DNA of 41,726 nucleotides, from NCBI GenBank assembly GCA_040880385.1, contig JBBDIN010000047.1, forward strand, positions 1 through 41,726, read 5' to 3'. The stretch comes from Thermodesulfobacteriota bacterium (lineage in GTDB: Bacteria; Desulfobacterota_D; UBA1144; Nemesobacterales; UBA2774). This document shows positions 8,928 through 19,127 of the stretch, in pieces. Made by a program: the position numbers and the translations under genes. The notes beneath the pieces are model-generated. The model was not told the DNA's origin. It made no database searches and saw only the letters and a program-made list of their open reading frames with translations. The number at the start of each line of letters is the position of its first letter. The first letter of the stretch is position 1.

Positions 8928-11078
8928 TTGAGACCAAACTTTTCAGACGTAGTTTTTAGAGAGATATCCAACACAGACTCTACTTCAAAGCCAGAGCATT
9001 CAAAAAACGGATGGCTTACCCCTGAAGGTATTGAGGTTAAATCCTTATATACAAAAGACGACCTCTTAGACATGGAGCACTTAAATTATGCCGCCGGCAT
9101 TGAGCCGTATTTACGCGGCCCCTACTCCACAATGTACGTGACCCGCCCCTGGACTATCAGGCAATACGCCGGGTTCTCTACAGCTGAAGAATCAAATGCT
9201 TTTTACAGAAGAAATTTACAAGCAGGCCAAAAAGGGCTATCTGTAGCTTTTGATCTCCCCACACATAGGGGATACGACTCAGACCACGAACGAGTAGTGG
9301 GAGACGTAGGAAAAGCGGGAGTGGCGATTGACTCCATCTTAGACATGAAGATTCTTTTTGACCAGATTCCACTTGATGAGATCTCTGTTTCCATGACGAT
9401 GAATGGGGCCGTGCTTCCGATTATGGCATTTTACATCGTAGCTGCCGAAGAACAGGGTGTTGGTCCACAGAAACTTAACGGAACGATTCAAAACGACATA
9501 TTAAAAGAATTTATGGTCCGCAATACTTATATTTATCCGCCTAAGCCTTCCATGCGCATCATCGCAGATATTTTTAAATATACGGCTGAGAGAATGCCTC
9601 AATTCAATTCGATAAGCGTAAGCGGATATCATATGGAAGAAGCCGGGGCTTCCTCAGATATAGAACTCGCCTACACACTGGCCGACGGGCTTGAATATAT
9701 AAGAGCCGGAATAGAAGCCGGGATGGAAATTGATGATTTCGCCCCCCGTATCTCATTCTTCTGGGGTATAGGGATGAATCATTTTATGGAAATAGCTAAA
9801 ATGCGTGCTGCCCGCATGCTCTGGGCGAAGCTCGTAAAGCAGTTCAATCCTAAAAACCCTAAGTCGTTAGCACTTAGAACTCATTGCCAAACCTCAGGAT
9901 GGAGCTTAACCGAGCAGGACCCATTTAATAACGCAGTCAGAACTTGTGTTGAAGCACTTGCCGCTGTTCTGGGCGGCACTCAGTCTTTACACACCAATGC
10001 ATTAGACGAAGCAATTGCGCTACCTACTGATTTCTCAGCAAGAATAGCACGCAACACACAGATATATCTACAGGAAGAAACAAATATATGCCGCTCAGTA
10101 GATCCATGGGCCGGGTCTTATTATGTTGAATACCTGACTGACCAAATTGCGCATAGGGCTTGGGATTTGATAAGCGAAGTTGAAGAACTAGGCGGAATGG
10201 CAAAAGCGATTGATACAGGAATACCGAAGATGAGGATAGAAGAAGCGGCTGCCAAAAAACAAGCGCGCATAGACTCCGGGAAAGACGTTATAGTAGGTGT
10301 AAACAAATACCAGGTTGAGGAGCAGGGGCAAATAGAGATTTTAGAAGTAGATAACACTGCCGTAATGCGCTCTCAAGTTGAGAGGCTTAAACAGTTAAAA
10401 GAATCTAGGGACAATAACGCTGTAACTCAAGCGCTAGATGCTATTACAAAATGCGCTGAGACAGGAGAAGGGAATCTATTAGAGCTTGCGGTTGACGCGG
10501 CTAGAAAACGAGCAACGCTGGGTGAGATTTCTGATGCCTGCGAGAAGGTATTTGGCAGATACAAGGCTGTAATTCGCTCCATTTCAGGTGTATATTCTTC
10601 TGAGATGTCTCAGGATAAAGATTTTGTTAAAGCAAGAGAGCTGGCGGATGAATTTGCCTCCCTAGACGGAAGACGGCCAAGAATAATGGTTGCTAAAATG
10701 GGTCAGGACGGCCATGACCGTGGAGCCAAAGTTATCGCTACGAGTTTTGCCGATCTCGGATTTGATGTAGACATCGGACCCCTTTTCCAAACACCAAATG
10801 AAGCTGCAAAACAAGCAATTGAAAATGATATACATATAATTGGCATATCCAGCCTTGCTGCTGGTCATAAGACCTTGGTACCTGATCTGATAGCTGAGCT
10901 AGCGAAATCAAACCGGGAAGACATAATGGTCGTTGCAGGCGGCGTAATCCCGAAACAAGATTATGATTTCTTATATGACTCAGGCGTTACAGCCATATTT
11001 GGTCCTGGAACCGTGATTTCAAAAGCTGCTCAGAAATTATTAGAAATATTGATTAACAATATCAAACAAACTGATTAA
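8928..11078 (+). CDS. mutB: methylmalonyl-CoA mutase large (alpha) subunit, B12-dependent
   Basis: 716-aa ORF with a TTG start preceded by AGGAAAGG. It carries [30 protein letters not shown] and the cobalamin-binding motif [11 protein letters not shown]. Confidence 0.92.
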   Translation: MRPNFSDVVFREISNTDSTSKPEHSKNGWLTPEGIEVKSLYTKDDLLDMEHLNYAAGIEPYLRGPYSTMYVTRPWTIRQYAGFSTAEESNAFYRRNLQAGQKGLSVAFDLPTHRGYDSDHERVVGDVGKAGVAIDSILDMKILFDQIPLDEISVSMTMNGAVLPIMAFYIVAAEEQGVGPQKLNGTIQNDILKEFMVRNTYIYPPKPSMRIIADIFKYTAERMPQFNSISVSGYHMEEAGASSDIELAYTLADGLEYIRAGIEAGMEIDDFAPRISFFWGIGMNHFMEIAKMRAARMLWAKLVKQFNPKNPKSLALRTHCQTSGWSLTEQDPFNNAVRTCVEALAAVLGGTQSLHTNALDEAIALPTDFSARIARNTQIYLQEETNICRSVDPWAGSYYVEYLTDQIAHRAWDLISEVEELGGMAKAIDTGIPKMRIEEAAAKKQARIDSGKDVIVGVNKYQVEEQGQIEILEVDNTAVMRSQVERLKQLKESRDNNAVTQALDAITKCAETGEGNLLELAVDAARKRATLGEISDACEKVFGRYKAVIRSISGVYSSEMSQDKDFVKARELADEFASLDGRRPRIMVAKMGQDGHDRGAKVIATSFADLGFDVDIGPLFQTPNEAAKQAIENDIHIIGISSLAAGHKTLVPDLIAELAKSNREDIMVVAGGVIPKQDYDFLYDSGVTAIFGPGTVISKAAQKLLEILINNIKQTD

Positions 11079-11122
11079 ATTGTTTTATTAAGCTTGTCTT
11101 TCTTATTAACGAACTATCTGAA

Positions 11123-12133
11123 ATGGGCACAACAAAAAAGAAACGCGAACTGTCTTTCAAAGAATACACAGAGGGCATCCTCTGTGGTAACCGATCTATA
11201 TTGAGCCAAGCCATTACGCTTGTAGAAAGCACATTACCAAAACACAGTGAGCTTGCACAGAAAATCATTAACCACTGCCTCCCACATACCGGAAAGTCCA
11301 TACGGATCGGCATAACGGGTATCCCTGGAGTTGGTAAAAGCACTTTTATCGAAACTTTTGGGCTTTATTTAACTGAGGAAGAGAAAAGAACTGTTGCCGT
11401 GTTGGCAATAGATCCAACCAGTGAGCTCTCTAAGGGAAGTATTCTCGGTGACAAAGTGAGAATGGAGAAACTCTCCCTGGATCAAAACGCATTCATACGC
11501 CCCTCCCCCACCTCCGGCTCATTAGGCGGAGTAGCACAAAGCACACGTGAGACAATCCTATTATGTGAGGCTGCAGGGTTTAATACGATTATCGTAGAAA
11601 CGGTAGGAGTAGGGCAATCTGAAATTGCAGTAGACTCTATGGTTGATTTTTTTCTATTGCTCCTTCTTGCAGGGGCAGGTGACGAGATCCAAGGCATGAA
11701 AAGAGGGATTATGGAAATGGCAGATACTGTGGCCATTACCAAGGCAGATGGAGATAGTATTTTCAGAGCACAAAGGGCAAGAAGGGAGTTTGAAAATGCC
11801 ATTCACCTATTTCCCCATAAAGAAAGCGGTTGGGTTCCCGAAGTCACAACTTGTTCATCCTTAGACAATAAAGGCATAAAAGAAATTTGGGAAACCGTCA
11901 CCAAACATCAGGATTTAATTGAGAAAAGTGGAATACTACAACACAAAAGACAAGAACAGACCAAGAGATGGATGCACGAGGCAATTTTATATGGCCTAAA
12001 AAAGAGTTTTTATTCTAATGAGGACATAAACAAGACAGTACTGGAGCTGGAAAAGAAAGTAATAGAAGGCGAAAAAAGCCCCTTCACCGCAGCAAACGAA
12101 CTCTTAGCCAAATACTTTAAAAATATTTCATAA
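11123..12133 (+). CDS. meaB: methylmalonyl-CoA mutase-associated G-protein chaperone (MeaB/ArgK)
   Basis: 336-aa ORF with the P-loop GITGIPGVGKST, the ETVGVGQSE switch and the ITKADG NKxD-like motif. It is syntenic with mutAB. Confidence 0.9.
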   Translation: MGTTKKKRELSFKEYTEGILCGNRSILSQAITLVESTLPKHSELAQKIINHCLPHTGKSIRIGITGIPGVGKSTFIETFGLYLTEEEKRTVAVLAIDPTSELSKGSILGDKVRMEKLSLDQNAFIRPSPTSGSLGGVAQSTRETILLCEAAGFNTIIVETVGVGQSEIAVDSMVDFFLLLLLAGAGDEIQGMKRGIMEMADTVAITKADGDSIFRAQRARREFENAIHLFPHKESGWVPEVTTCSSLDNKGIKEIWETVTKHQDLIEKSGILQHKRQEQTKRWMHEAILYGLKKSFYSNEDINKTVLELEKKVIEGEKSPFTAANELLAKYFKNIS

Positions 12134-12180
12134 TAAGAAACCCTCTGGACATTTAGTCCTAAAACCGAAAAAATAATCCT

Positions 12181-12648
12181 ATGGAAAAGGCAGCAAGCTA
12201 TGAGATAGAGTCTATCGGCCCCGAAGACCTGGATGGGATAGTAGCTATTGAAAATGTTAGTTACCCTTCCCCATGGCCAAAGCAGATATTTGAGAGAGAA
12301 ATTGAAGCTCAGAACTCATATAAAAGGATAATAAGATTCTCCGGCAGCGTTGTAGCATATATTGTAACTTGGACTGTTCATGATGAGGTTCATATTCTAA
12401 ACATCGCTGTTCATCCGGATTTCAGGAAAATTGGACTGGGAGAAATGCTGCTGAGGGATTGTTTAGGTTTCTCATCTGAACGCGGTTTAAAGCTAGCGGT
12501 TCTTGAAGTCAGAACTTCAAACAATAGTGCAATTAAACTTTATGAGAAAATTGGATTTAAAACTTTAAGGGTTAGAAAGAAATACTACTCAGATACAGGT
12601 GAAGACGCCTACGTTATGCTATATGAATTAGAATCGGAAAAAGAATGA
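12181..12648 (+). CDS. rimI: GNAT N-acetyltransferase, RimI-like (ribosomal-protein-alanine acetyltransferase)
   Basis: 155-aa ORF with the IENVSYPSPWPKQIFEREI N-terminus typical of RimI and the GNAT acetyl-CoA motif HPDFRKIGLGEMLL. Confidence 0.75.
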   Translation: MEKAASYEIESIGPEDLDGIVAIENVSYPSPWPKQIFEREIEAQNSYKRIIRFSGSVVAYIVTWTVHDEVHILNIAVHPDFRKIGLGEMLLRDCLGFSSERGLKLAVLEVRTSNNSAIKLYEKIGFKTLRVRKKYYSDTGEDAYVMLYELESEKE

Positions 12649-12657
12649 GATCAGTGC

Positions 12658-13641
12658 TTAAGTTCTTCTTTCTACTATATACTCAGCTAATGAATCCAGG
12701 GATTTTTTATAGCCGCTATCGGGCAAAGAAGAAATTGAGCTTTTAGCTTTTTCCACATAGCTCTCGGCCATATTATTTGTTACTTGAACACCTTTATACC
12801 TAACGACGATATCTCTCACAAAACTTAGTTCTTCCTCAGTAAAAACTTCTTCACCCGCTAGAATCCCGTTTATCTTCTCTTTTTCTGAACTTGTGGCCTT
12901 TTGAATTGAATAATAGAGGGGGAGAGTCATTTTGCCCTCTATCAAGTCCTGCCCCACACCCTTTCCAAACTCTTCCTCAGTTGATGAGTAATCGAGCGCA
13001 TCATCAGTCAGCTGAAAGGCTACTCCAATATTAAATCCGTATCGGCCTACAGAGTGCTTTAATCCCTCTTCCACTCCTGCAAGTATCGCCCCTACACTGC
13101 CGCAGCTTTCTAAAAGAGAAGCAGTTTTATTTTCTATAATTCCAAAACACACTTCTTCAGTTATCTCGAGCATGTTGTTCGCATTCATAACCTCAAGCAC
13201 CTGCCCCTCTGCTAATTTCGCAGCAGCATCAGTAACAGCCTTGATAAGCTCCAAATCACCGCAGGCTTGAATAAGACCAAGCGCTCGTGCCAGCATAAAA
13301 TCACCAACTAAGACTGTTGCCTTATTTCCCCAAACTATATTTGATGAAGGTTTTCCTCGTCTTAATTTAGCCTCGTCCACGACATCATCATGAAGTAAGG
13401 TAGCGGTATGAATCAGCTCCAGGGCTGCTGCGGCATAGATCCTTTCTCTACCTTCTAGACGTCCGCATGCCCCGCTTGAAAGAAGAAGCACAGCCGGACG
13501 GAGCCTTTTCCCACCACTTCCAAGCAAATATTTTGAAACCTCATACACTAAAGGTATAGGGGATTGTATATTAGCTTCAAGCTCGTTTTCGACTTCTTCA
13601 ATGTCAGAGCTGACAATAGATAGAATATCTGAGAAACCCAT
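12658..13641 (-). CDS. trans-polyprenyl diphosphate synthase (IspB/HepT-like), chain length not determinable
   Basis: It has the first and second Asp-rich motifs LLHDDVVDE and QLTDDALDY. I prefer the ATG at 13641 (MGFSDIL, 327 aa) over the TTG-initiated ORF-track start at 13680. Confidence 0.85.
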   Translation of the reverse strand: MGFSDILSIVSSDIEEVENELEANIQSPIPLVYEVSKYLLGSGGKRLRPAVLLLSSGACGRLEGRERIYAAAALELIHTATLLHDDVVDEAKLRRGKPSSNIVWGNKATVLVGDFMLARALGLIQACGDLELIKAVTDAAAKLAEGQVLEVMNANNMLEITEEVCFGIIENKTASLLESCGSVGAILAGVEEGLKHSVGRYGFNIGVAFQLTDDALDYSSTEEEFGKGVGQDLIEGKMTLPLYYSIQKATSSEKEKINGILAGEEVFTEEELSFVRDIVVRYKGVQVTNNMAESYVEKAKSSISSLPDSGYKKSLDSLAEYIVERRT

Positions 13642-13759
13642 GGCGGCTTTTAAGTTATCTGAACACCGGAAATATGTCAAAGCTAGAGTCTCTTATAGTA
13701 TTTTAGCCAAAAATTATATAATCTATGATTATATTCAAATCCGTATAATATCTAACCAT

Positions 13760-16700
13760 ATGGTTCCATTAAAACTCTCTTTAAAAAACTTTCTAAGCTA
13801 CGGCGAAAACACTTCAACACTTGATTTCAGGGGTTTTGATATAGCCTGCCTTTCCGGGAAAAACGGACACGGCAAATCTGCGCTTATAGATGCTCTAACT
13901 TGGGCTCTGTGGGGAAAATGCCGGGTAAAAATAAAGGAGGAAGTAATAAAAAGGGGCGCAAGTGAGGCTAGAGTAGAGCTTGAGTTTGAATCAGAAAACA
14001 ACATTTACAGAATACTACGAGTAATTGAGAGAAAAAAAAGCGGCACTTCAACCTCAATTAACTTGAGCATTTTTGATACGGCTACCAGCGCTTTTAAACC
14101 TTTGGACGAAGGCTCCAAAACACAAAGCACAATCGAAAAATTGCTAAAGATGGACTATAACTCATTCATCTGTTCATCATTCATATTGCAAGGCATGGCA
14201 GATGAATTTACCAAAAGAACAGCTTCTGAAAGAAAAGAGATTCTCTCGAAAATCCTAGCCCTCGATGAATACGAGTTAATCACAAAGAAAGCAAGGGAAC
14301 ATTCACAAATCTCAAGCCTCGAATTAAACACACTTGAGAGCCAAGAAAAACAGCTTGAAGATGAAATATCAAGAAAAAATATATTTGAAGAAAAGCTGCA
14401 ACAAGCAAAGATTGAAGATAGCAAGTTAGTAACTGAAATATCAAAATTTGAGACTATTCAATCTGAGCTAATAGCAAAAAATGAATCCATCAAAGCCAAA
14501 CTCGAGAACTTGGATCAGTTAAAGAAAGGGCAGGAAGAAAACAAACAGAAAAACCTCAAATTAGATTCCGAACTTAAGCACTTAACAAGTTTAATCTCGC
14601 AAGATAAAGAAATAGTCTCTAGAGAGAAGGAAATTATCAAAGGTTTTGAAAAGCATGAACTAGTCCTAAAACAAGAGAAGATTCTAAGTGAAAAGGAGCT
14701 CGCTAAATCAAAACTTGAAATGGAACTAGAAAGTGTTCAGAACCTAATCAATTCTGAGAAAGCTAAGTTATTGGGAGAATTAAACTCTCTTAGGACCAAA
14801 GCAGAAGAAATACAAAAGAATCTCGTAAATGTTCAGGCAGTCACATCGAGGGAAGATGAAATTACCCTTGGATACAAGAAGTTTACAGAGCTTCACAAAC
14901 AAGACGATGAACTCGAAAAGAAAAAAAATCTAATGCAGGAACTCAACTCTAAGCAAATAGAGTTAGATAACAAAATTGAGCAAAAACGAATTGAGATTGA
15001 ATCCTCCTTGTTAGAACTTAATTCCAGAACCCGTGACTTGAGGTCTAAATCTGAACACAAAGAAGGCTTAGTCAAAGAGATCAAGGAGTTGAATCTCAAA
15101 CTTAAACTCGTAAAAGAGTCTCAGAGTGAGATTGATAACAACAACGAAACCTTAAATAAATTGAGAGAAAAGAAAAGCTCAATTATTTCAGAATTATCTA
15201 ATCTCAACAGCAGAAAAGAGGAGGAGATAAGAAAGTTAAGCGTTCTAAGTGCCGAGATCAAAGACCCTCACTGTCCTCTGTGTGAATCGCCGCTTGAGAC
15301 AGAGGCAATAGAGGCCCTAATAGAAAAACTTGAAGCAGCGAAGTCGAATTTGGAAGCGAAGATACTAGAAAACCAGGCAACTGTAGAGAAATTAAAATTA
15401 GATGAGCAGAAATTGTTAAATGACATAGAAAACTTTGAATCTAAAACAAAAAACATGGCTTCTCTTAGCAAGGAGCTAGGGGAAAAAGAGCAAAACTTAA
15501 AAGAATCAGAACTCGCCTCAAAAGAATTAGAAAAAACCTCAAAAGAATCAGAATTACTTACTAACTATATTAAAGACAAAAAACATATTCAGGAATTTAG
15601 TAAAGCCTTAAACAACTTAAGGAAAAAGAAATCGGAGCTGGATTATGATTCTGACAAACACATATTCATAAAAAAGGAGCTTGAAGAGTTCCGAAATTTT
15701 GTAACAGAAAATGAAATACTAAAGACTGATAAGCTCAAAGAATCTCAATACACCAAAGAACTAAAGGAAGTTCTTTCAAAAATTGAGCCTCTTGCAAAGA
15801 AACTCACGGAAGAAAGCTATTCTCTGGAAAGCAGAAAAAAGGTTTTCGAAGTTCAAACTGCCCTGAAAAAACTTAGTTATGATCAGAGCAAACACAAAAA
15901 TTTAAGAGAAGAAGCTAAGGCCCTTGAGAGATATACTAGAGAGAAAGAAAGTCTCGAGAAGGCAAAGCTCGGACTGAGCATAAGGGAAAAAGAAGCAGCG
16001 AAACTTTCTCAAAATCTTACAGATATAAAGAAAAAAGGTGTGAACATTGAAAGCGAGCTTAAGCAGATGGATGAGATTGTTGTAAAGAGTAAAGAAATAA
16101 AGCAGCAGCTTGAATCCTCAACAACAAGAATAAATATATTAAAGAAGAATAAGAATGAAACTCTCACAGAGATCACAAGAAGTGAGAATCACCTTGAGCG
16201 AATCGAGAAACTCCTAGATGACAAAAAGACTGTCAAAGAAAACATTAAAAAAACAAACCGGGATTTGGCAATATACAAAGAGCTAGTAAAAGCATTTGGG
16301 AAAAATGGGCTTCAAGCCTTAATAATTGAAAATGCCGTTCCGGAGATAGAAATTGAAGCAAACAAAATTCTTAGCAAACTTACCGAAGGCACTATGGTGC
16401 TGAGCTTAGAGATGGTGAAGCCAACACAAACCGGAGGCGCTAAGGAAACCCTTGAGATTTATATCGGGGACTCCTCTGGAACAAGAAGCTATGAAACTTT
16501 CTCCGGCGGAGAAGCATTCAGAATCGATTTCGCCCTAAGAGTTGCTATCTCAAAATTCATTGCTAACCGCTCAGGCGCCCAACTAAGAACCTTAGTTGTA
16601 GATGAGGGTTTTGGTACTCAAGATAAAGACGGCCTAGATCAATTTATTCAGGTTCTTAATATAGTTAAGGACGACTTTGATAAAATTTTGGCTATAACAC

Positions 16701-16792
16701 ATGTTGAGGAATTAAAAACAAGATTCCCGGTTAGAATAGAGGTTACCAAGGAGGCCGGTCAGGGTTCAAGCTTTGAAGTGAGCTACTCTTAG
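13760..16792 (+). CDS. sbcC: SbcC/Rad50-family SMC-like ATPase with zinc hook
   Basis: It has Walker A SGKNGHGKSA near the N-terminus, a very long K/E-rich coiled coil, a central CPLC zinc hook (DPHCPLCESPL), the signature FSGGEAFR and Walker B LVVDEGFG. I prefer the ATG at 13760 (MVPLKLSLKNFLSYG), because the ORF-track start at 13601 overlaps the divergent gene. Confidence 0.8.
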   Translation: MVPLKLSLKNFLSYGENTSTLDFRGFDIACLSGKNGHGKSALIDALTWALWGKCRVKIKEEVIKRGASEARVELEFESENNIYRILRVIERKKSGTSTSINLSIFDTATSAFKPLDEGSKTQSTIEKLLKMDYNSFICSSFILQGMADEFTKRTASERKEILSKILALDEYELITKKAREHSQISSLELNTLESQEKQLEDEISRKNIFEEKLQQAKIEDSKLVTEISKFETIQSELIAKNESIKAKLENLDQLKKGQEENKQKNLKLDSELKHLTSLISQDKEIVSREKEIIKGFEKHELVLKQEKILSEKELAKSKLEMELESVQNLINSEKAKLLGELNSLRTKAEEIQKNLVNVQAVTSREDEITLGYKKFTELHKQDDELEKKKNLMQELNSKQIELDNKIEQKRIEIESSLLELNSRTRDLRSKSEHKEGLVKEIKELNLKLKLVKESQSEIDNNNETLNKLREKKSSIISELSNLNSRKEEEIRKLSVLSAEIKDPHCPLCESPLETEAIEALIEKLEAAKSNLEAKILENQATVEKLKLDEQKLLNDIENFESKTKNMASLSKELGEKEQNLKESELASKELEKTSKESELLTNYIKDKKHIQEFSKALNNLRKKKSELDYDSDKHIFIKKELEEFRNFVTENEILKTDKLKESQYTKELKEVLSKIEPLAKKLTEESYSLESRKKVFEVQTALKKLSYDQSKHKNLREEAKALERYTREKESLEKAKLGLSIREKEAAKLSQNLTDIKKKGVNIESELKQMDEIVVKSKEIKQQLESSTTRINILKKNKNETLTEITRSENHLERIEKLLDDKKTVKENIKKTNRDLAIYKELVKAFGKNGLQALIIENAVPEIEIEANKILSKLTEGTMVLSLEMVKPTQTGGAKETLEIYIGDSSGTRSYETFSGGEAFRIDFALRVAISKFIANRSGAQLRTLVVDEGFGTQDKDGLDQFIQVLNIVKDDFDKILAITHVEELKTRFPVRIEVTKEAGQGSSFEVSYS

Positions 16793-16811
16793 CAATTACC
16801 TCTAATACATT

Positions 16812-17393
16812 ATGAATTGGATCGATATAGCGGTTTATATAATCATTTTCGTCTTTATTGTTATAGGAATGACAAGAGGTCTTGTCAGGCAGATCTTCTC
16901 TATTGCAGCTCTTATTGGCGGAATCATTATTGGGCTTATTTTTTATGATGTTTTTGCAGAGATGTTCATAAAAGACAACCTTGTCAATAATGAATCAATA
17001 GCAAATGTTGGCGCTTTCTTAATCGTCGGTTTTATATCTTACATTCTGATTCAATTTCTTGGGTGGATTACAACAAAGCTCATAGGAAGCCTCCATCTTA
17101 GCTGGCTCAATAGACTGGGTGGAGCTGTAGCGGGAATTATTCTGGGGCTTATAGCTGCCTTTTTATTTGTCTCTACGGTTACATTATTTGTTTCAGACAA
17201 TGACCCGGCTGTAAGTAATTCAACCACAATCCCCTATCTAAACTCTACTTATCAAACAGTAAAGAGTAAATTGCCTGAGAATTTAAGAGAAAGTTTAAAT
17301 AGATCAAGGGAACTAATTCGTGAAGAAGGGTTAAAAGCGGCAATGAGGATAAAGGATTCTGAGAAGATTAAAGAGATCCTAAATGATCAATAA
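16812..17393 (+). CDS. cvpA: CvpA-family membrane protein
   Basis: 193-aa ORF with four hydrophobic segments and the N-terminus MNWIDIAVYIIIFVFIVIGMTRGLVRQIFSI typical of the colicin V production protein family. Confidence 0.8.
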   Translation: MNWIDIAVYIIIFVFIVIGMTRGLVRQIFSIAALIGGIIIGLIFYDVFAEMFIKDNLVNNESIANVGAFLIVGFISYILIQFLGWITTKLIGSLHLSWLNRLGGAVAGIILGLIAAFLFVSTVTLFVSDNDPAVSNSTTIPYLNSTYQTVKSKLPENLRESLNRSRELIREEGLKAAMRIKDSEKIKEILNDQ

Positions 17394-17474
17394 TTTATAA
17401 TTATAATCGCTTCAAATAAGCTTGCGGTCAGCAAACATTTTCCTTAATCGTAGAATTTCGGTAATATAGTCATT

Positions 17475-18479
17475 ATGATTAGCGTTCAAACATTAGATGA
17501 ATTTATAATTAGAAGACAAACAGACTTCCCCTACGCAACAGGTGAATTATCCAGACTTCTTCGAAATATTGCTCTGGCCGCAAAGATCGTAAATAGAGAA
17601 GTAAATAAAGCGGGTTTAGTAGATGTACTAGGCGCAACCGTATATACAAACGTTCAGGGTGAAGAAGTAAAAAAACTGGATTTACTCGCAAACAAAACCT
17701 TTATAGCCTCACTTGAGCTGGGCGGTCAGTGCTGTGGTGTGGCTTCAGAAGAGAATGAAGAATTCGTTGCATTTGAGGCTGAATCTTCTAGAGAAGGTAA
17801 ATATATAGTCGCTATAGATCCTCTTGATGGATCCTCAAATATTGATGTAAATGTCTCAGTTGGAACTATTTTTACTATATACAGAAGAATATCACCAATA
17901 GGGGGTCCTAGCACAGCTGAAGATTTTCTCCAAAAGGGCAGTGAGCAAGCCGGCGCAGGGTATGTTATTTACGGATCATCAACTATGCTGGTTTATACAA
18001 CCGGTCATGGGGTTAACGGTTTTACGCTTGACCCATCAATTGGAGAATTTTGTTTATCTCACCCTGGTATGACTACACCTAAGAATGGTAAAACCTATTC
18101 CGTTAATACCGGGAATTTCTACAACTTCCCACAAGGTGTAAGAGAATATATCCATTATTGTAAGGAAGTAGGGAAAAATTCTGATTCTCCCTACTCTGCC
18201 CGTTATATAGGTTCAATGGTTGCCGATATTCATAGGAATTTATTAACAGGTGGAATATACATATATCCATCCTTGGATGGTTACCCGGATGGAAAATTAA
18301 GACTTGTTTATGAATGTAACCCAATGGCATTTATTGTAGAGCAGGCAGGCGGCACGGCAACTGATGGCTCCAGACGCATTTTAGATATCCAACCAACTGA
18401 GCTGCATCAAAGAACACCGATCTTTATAGGTTCAAGTGAAATGGTATCAAAAGCTAAAGAATTATTAGAAAGCAACTAG
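17475..18479 (+). CDS. fbp: fructose-1,6-bisphosphatase class I
   Basis: 334-aa ORF with the metal-site block [21 protein letters not shown], plus YGSSTMLV and [12 protein letters not shown]. Confidence 0.93.
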   Translation: MISVQTLDEFIIRRQTDFPYATGELSRLLRNIALAAKIVNREVNKAGLVDVLGATVYTNVQGEEVKKLDLLANKTFIASLELGGQCCGVASEENEEFVAFEAESSREGKYIVAIDPLDGSSNIDVNVSVGTIFTIYRRISPIGGPSTAEDFLQKGSEQAGAGYVIYGSSTMLVYTTGHGVNGFTLDPSIGEFCLSHPGMTTPKNGKTYSVNTGNFYNFPQGVREYIHYCKEVGKNSDSPYSARYIGSMVADIHRNLLTGGIYIYPSLDGYPDGKLRLVYECNPMAFIVEQAGGTATDGSRRILDIQPTELHQRTPIFIGSSEMVSKAKELLESN

Positions 18480-18625
18480 TTATGTTATTTTTAAGACGCG
18501 TCAAATATTCATATACTATCTAAGCGGCTTTTTATAAACCAAGAAAGCGTGAGTCTACCGTAAACACCCCTAATCCTTACAATATTTGCCAATTTGCAAT
18601 TTAGTTTTTTGTATAGAATTCTCTC

Positions 18626-18653
18626 TTGACATTTTGATGTCAGAATGTAACTT
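18626..18653 (+). promoter_or_regulatory. sigma70-like promoter candidate (TTGACA-16 nt-TAACTT)
   Basis: A perfect -35 lies at 18626-18631 and a TAnnnT -10 at 18648-18653, about 30 nt upstream of the small acidic ORF start. Confidence 0.4.
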
Positions 18654-18684
18654 TTCAATAAATCATTAGTACAGGAGAAAGCAA

Positions 18685-18852
18685 ATGAGTACCGACCTCG
18701 CACTACTTTTTAAAGATGAAGAATGGGATGATGACGACGAAGATGAAGATGAAGACTTAGATGACGATGATTTCTTTGATGATGACGATGACTGGGATGA
18801 TGACGATGAAGATTGGGACGACGATGAAGAAGAGGAGAAAACACTCAATTAA
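18685..18852 (+). CDS. 55-aa hyper-acidic small protein (36 of 55 residues Asp/Glu, interspersed Trp/Phe), function unknown
   Basis: An ATG at 18685 sits 6 nt after the AGGAGA RBS (18673-18678), with a promoter-like element upstream. The translation is MSTDLALLFKDEEWDDDDEDEDEDLDDDDFFDDDDDWDDDDEDWDDDEEEEKTLN. It falls below the ORF-track length cutoff, and the track instead shows the antisense poly-Ser ORF. Confidence 0.55.
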   Translation: MSTDLALLFKDEEWDDDDEDEDEDLDDDDFFDDDDDWDDDDEDWDDDEEEEKTLN

Positions 18853-19000
18853 TATCAGTGAATGGTCCTACACTTTGCACCTTTCAGACTACTGAAACAA
18901 CTATCCTTTAAGAATTGCCTAAAATAGTATTAACTCGTTTTAGAATAAACTTGCAGTTAAACAGCTTTTCGGAATTAGCCCCGGAATTGTATCTCAGGAA

Positions 19001-19087
19001 TGGTGCCCGGGGCCGGACTCGAACCGGCACAAGTTTGCACTCGAGGGATTTTAAGTCCCTTGCGTCTACCAATTCCGCCACCCGGGC
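19001..19087 (-). tRNA. tRNA-Leu (anticodon UAA), CCA encoded
   Basis: The reverse complement GCCCGGGTGGCGGAATTGGTAGACGCAAGGGACTTAAAATCCCT...GCCGGTTCGAGTCCGGCCCCGGGCACCA folds by hand into a cloverleaf. It has a 7-bp acceptor stem, an AGGGA/TCCCT anticodon stem, a CTTAAAA loop, a long variable arm and a GTTCGAGTC T-loop. Confidence 0.95.
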
Positions 19088-19127
19088 AGCATATGCATTT
19101 TAGAAGATCTTCATTGAACAATTTCTT

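Noticed and set aside
13601-13759. N-terminal 53-codon extension of the SbcC-like ORF, and the TTG-initiated extension (13642-13680) of the polyprenyl synthase
   Set aside because: The two extensions overlap each other on opposite strands. Conserved N-termini begin at MVPLKLSLKNF (13760) and MGFSDIL (13641), which leaves a sensible 118-bp divergent promoter region.
18666-18848. 60-aa minus-strand ORF in the track encoding a poly-Ser protein (MSVFSSSSSSSQSSSS...)
   Set aside because: It is the antisense reading of the GAT/GAC/GAA repeat and has no RBS or promoter upstream. The plus-strand frame has an AGGAGA RBS at ideal spacing and a consensus -35, so I assign coding to the plus strand.
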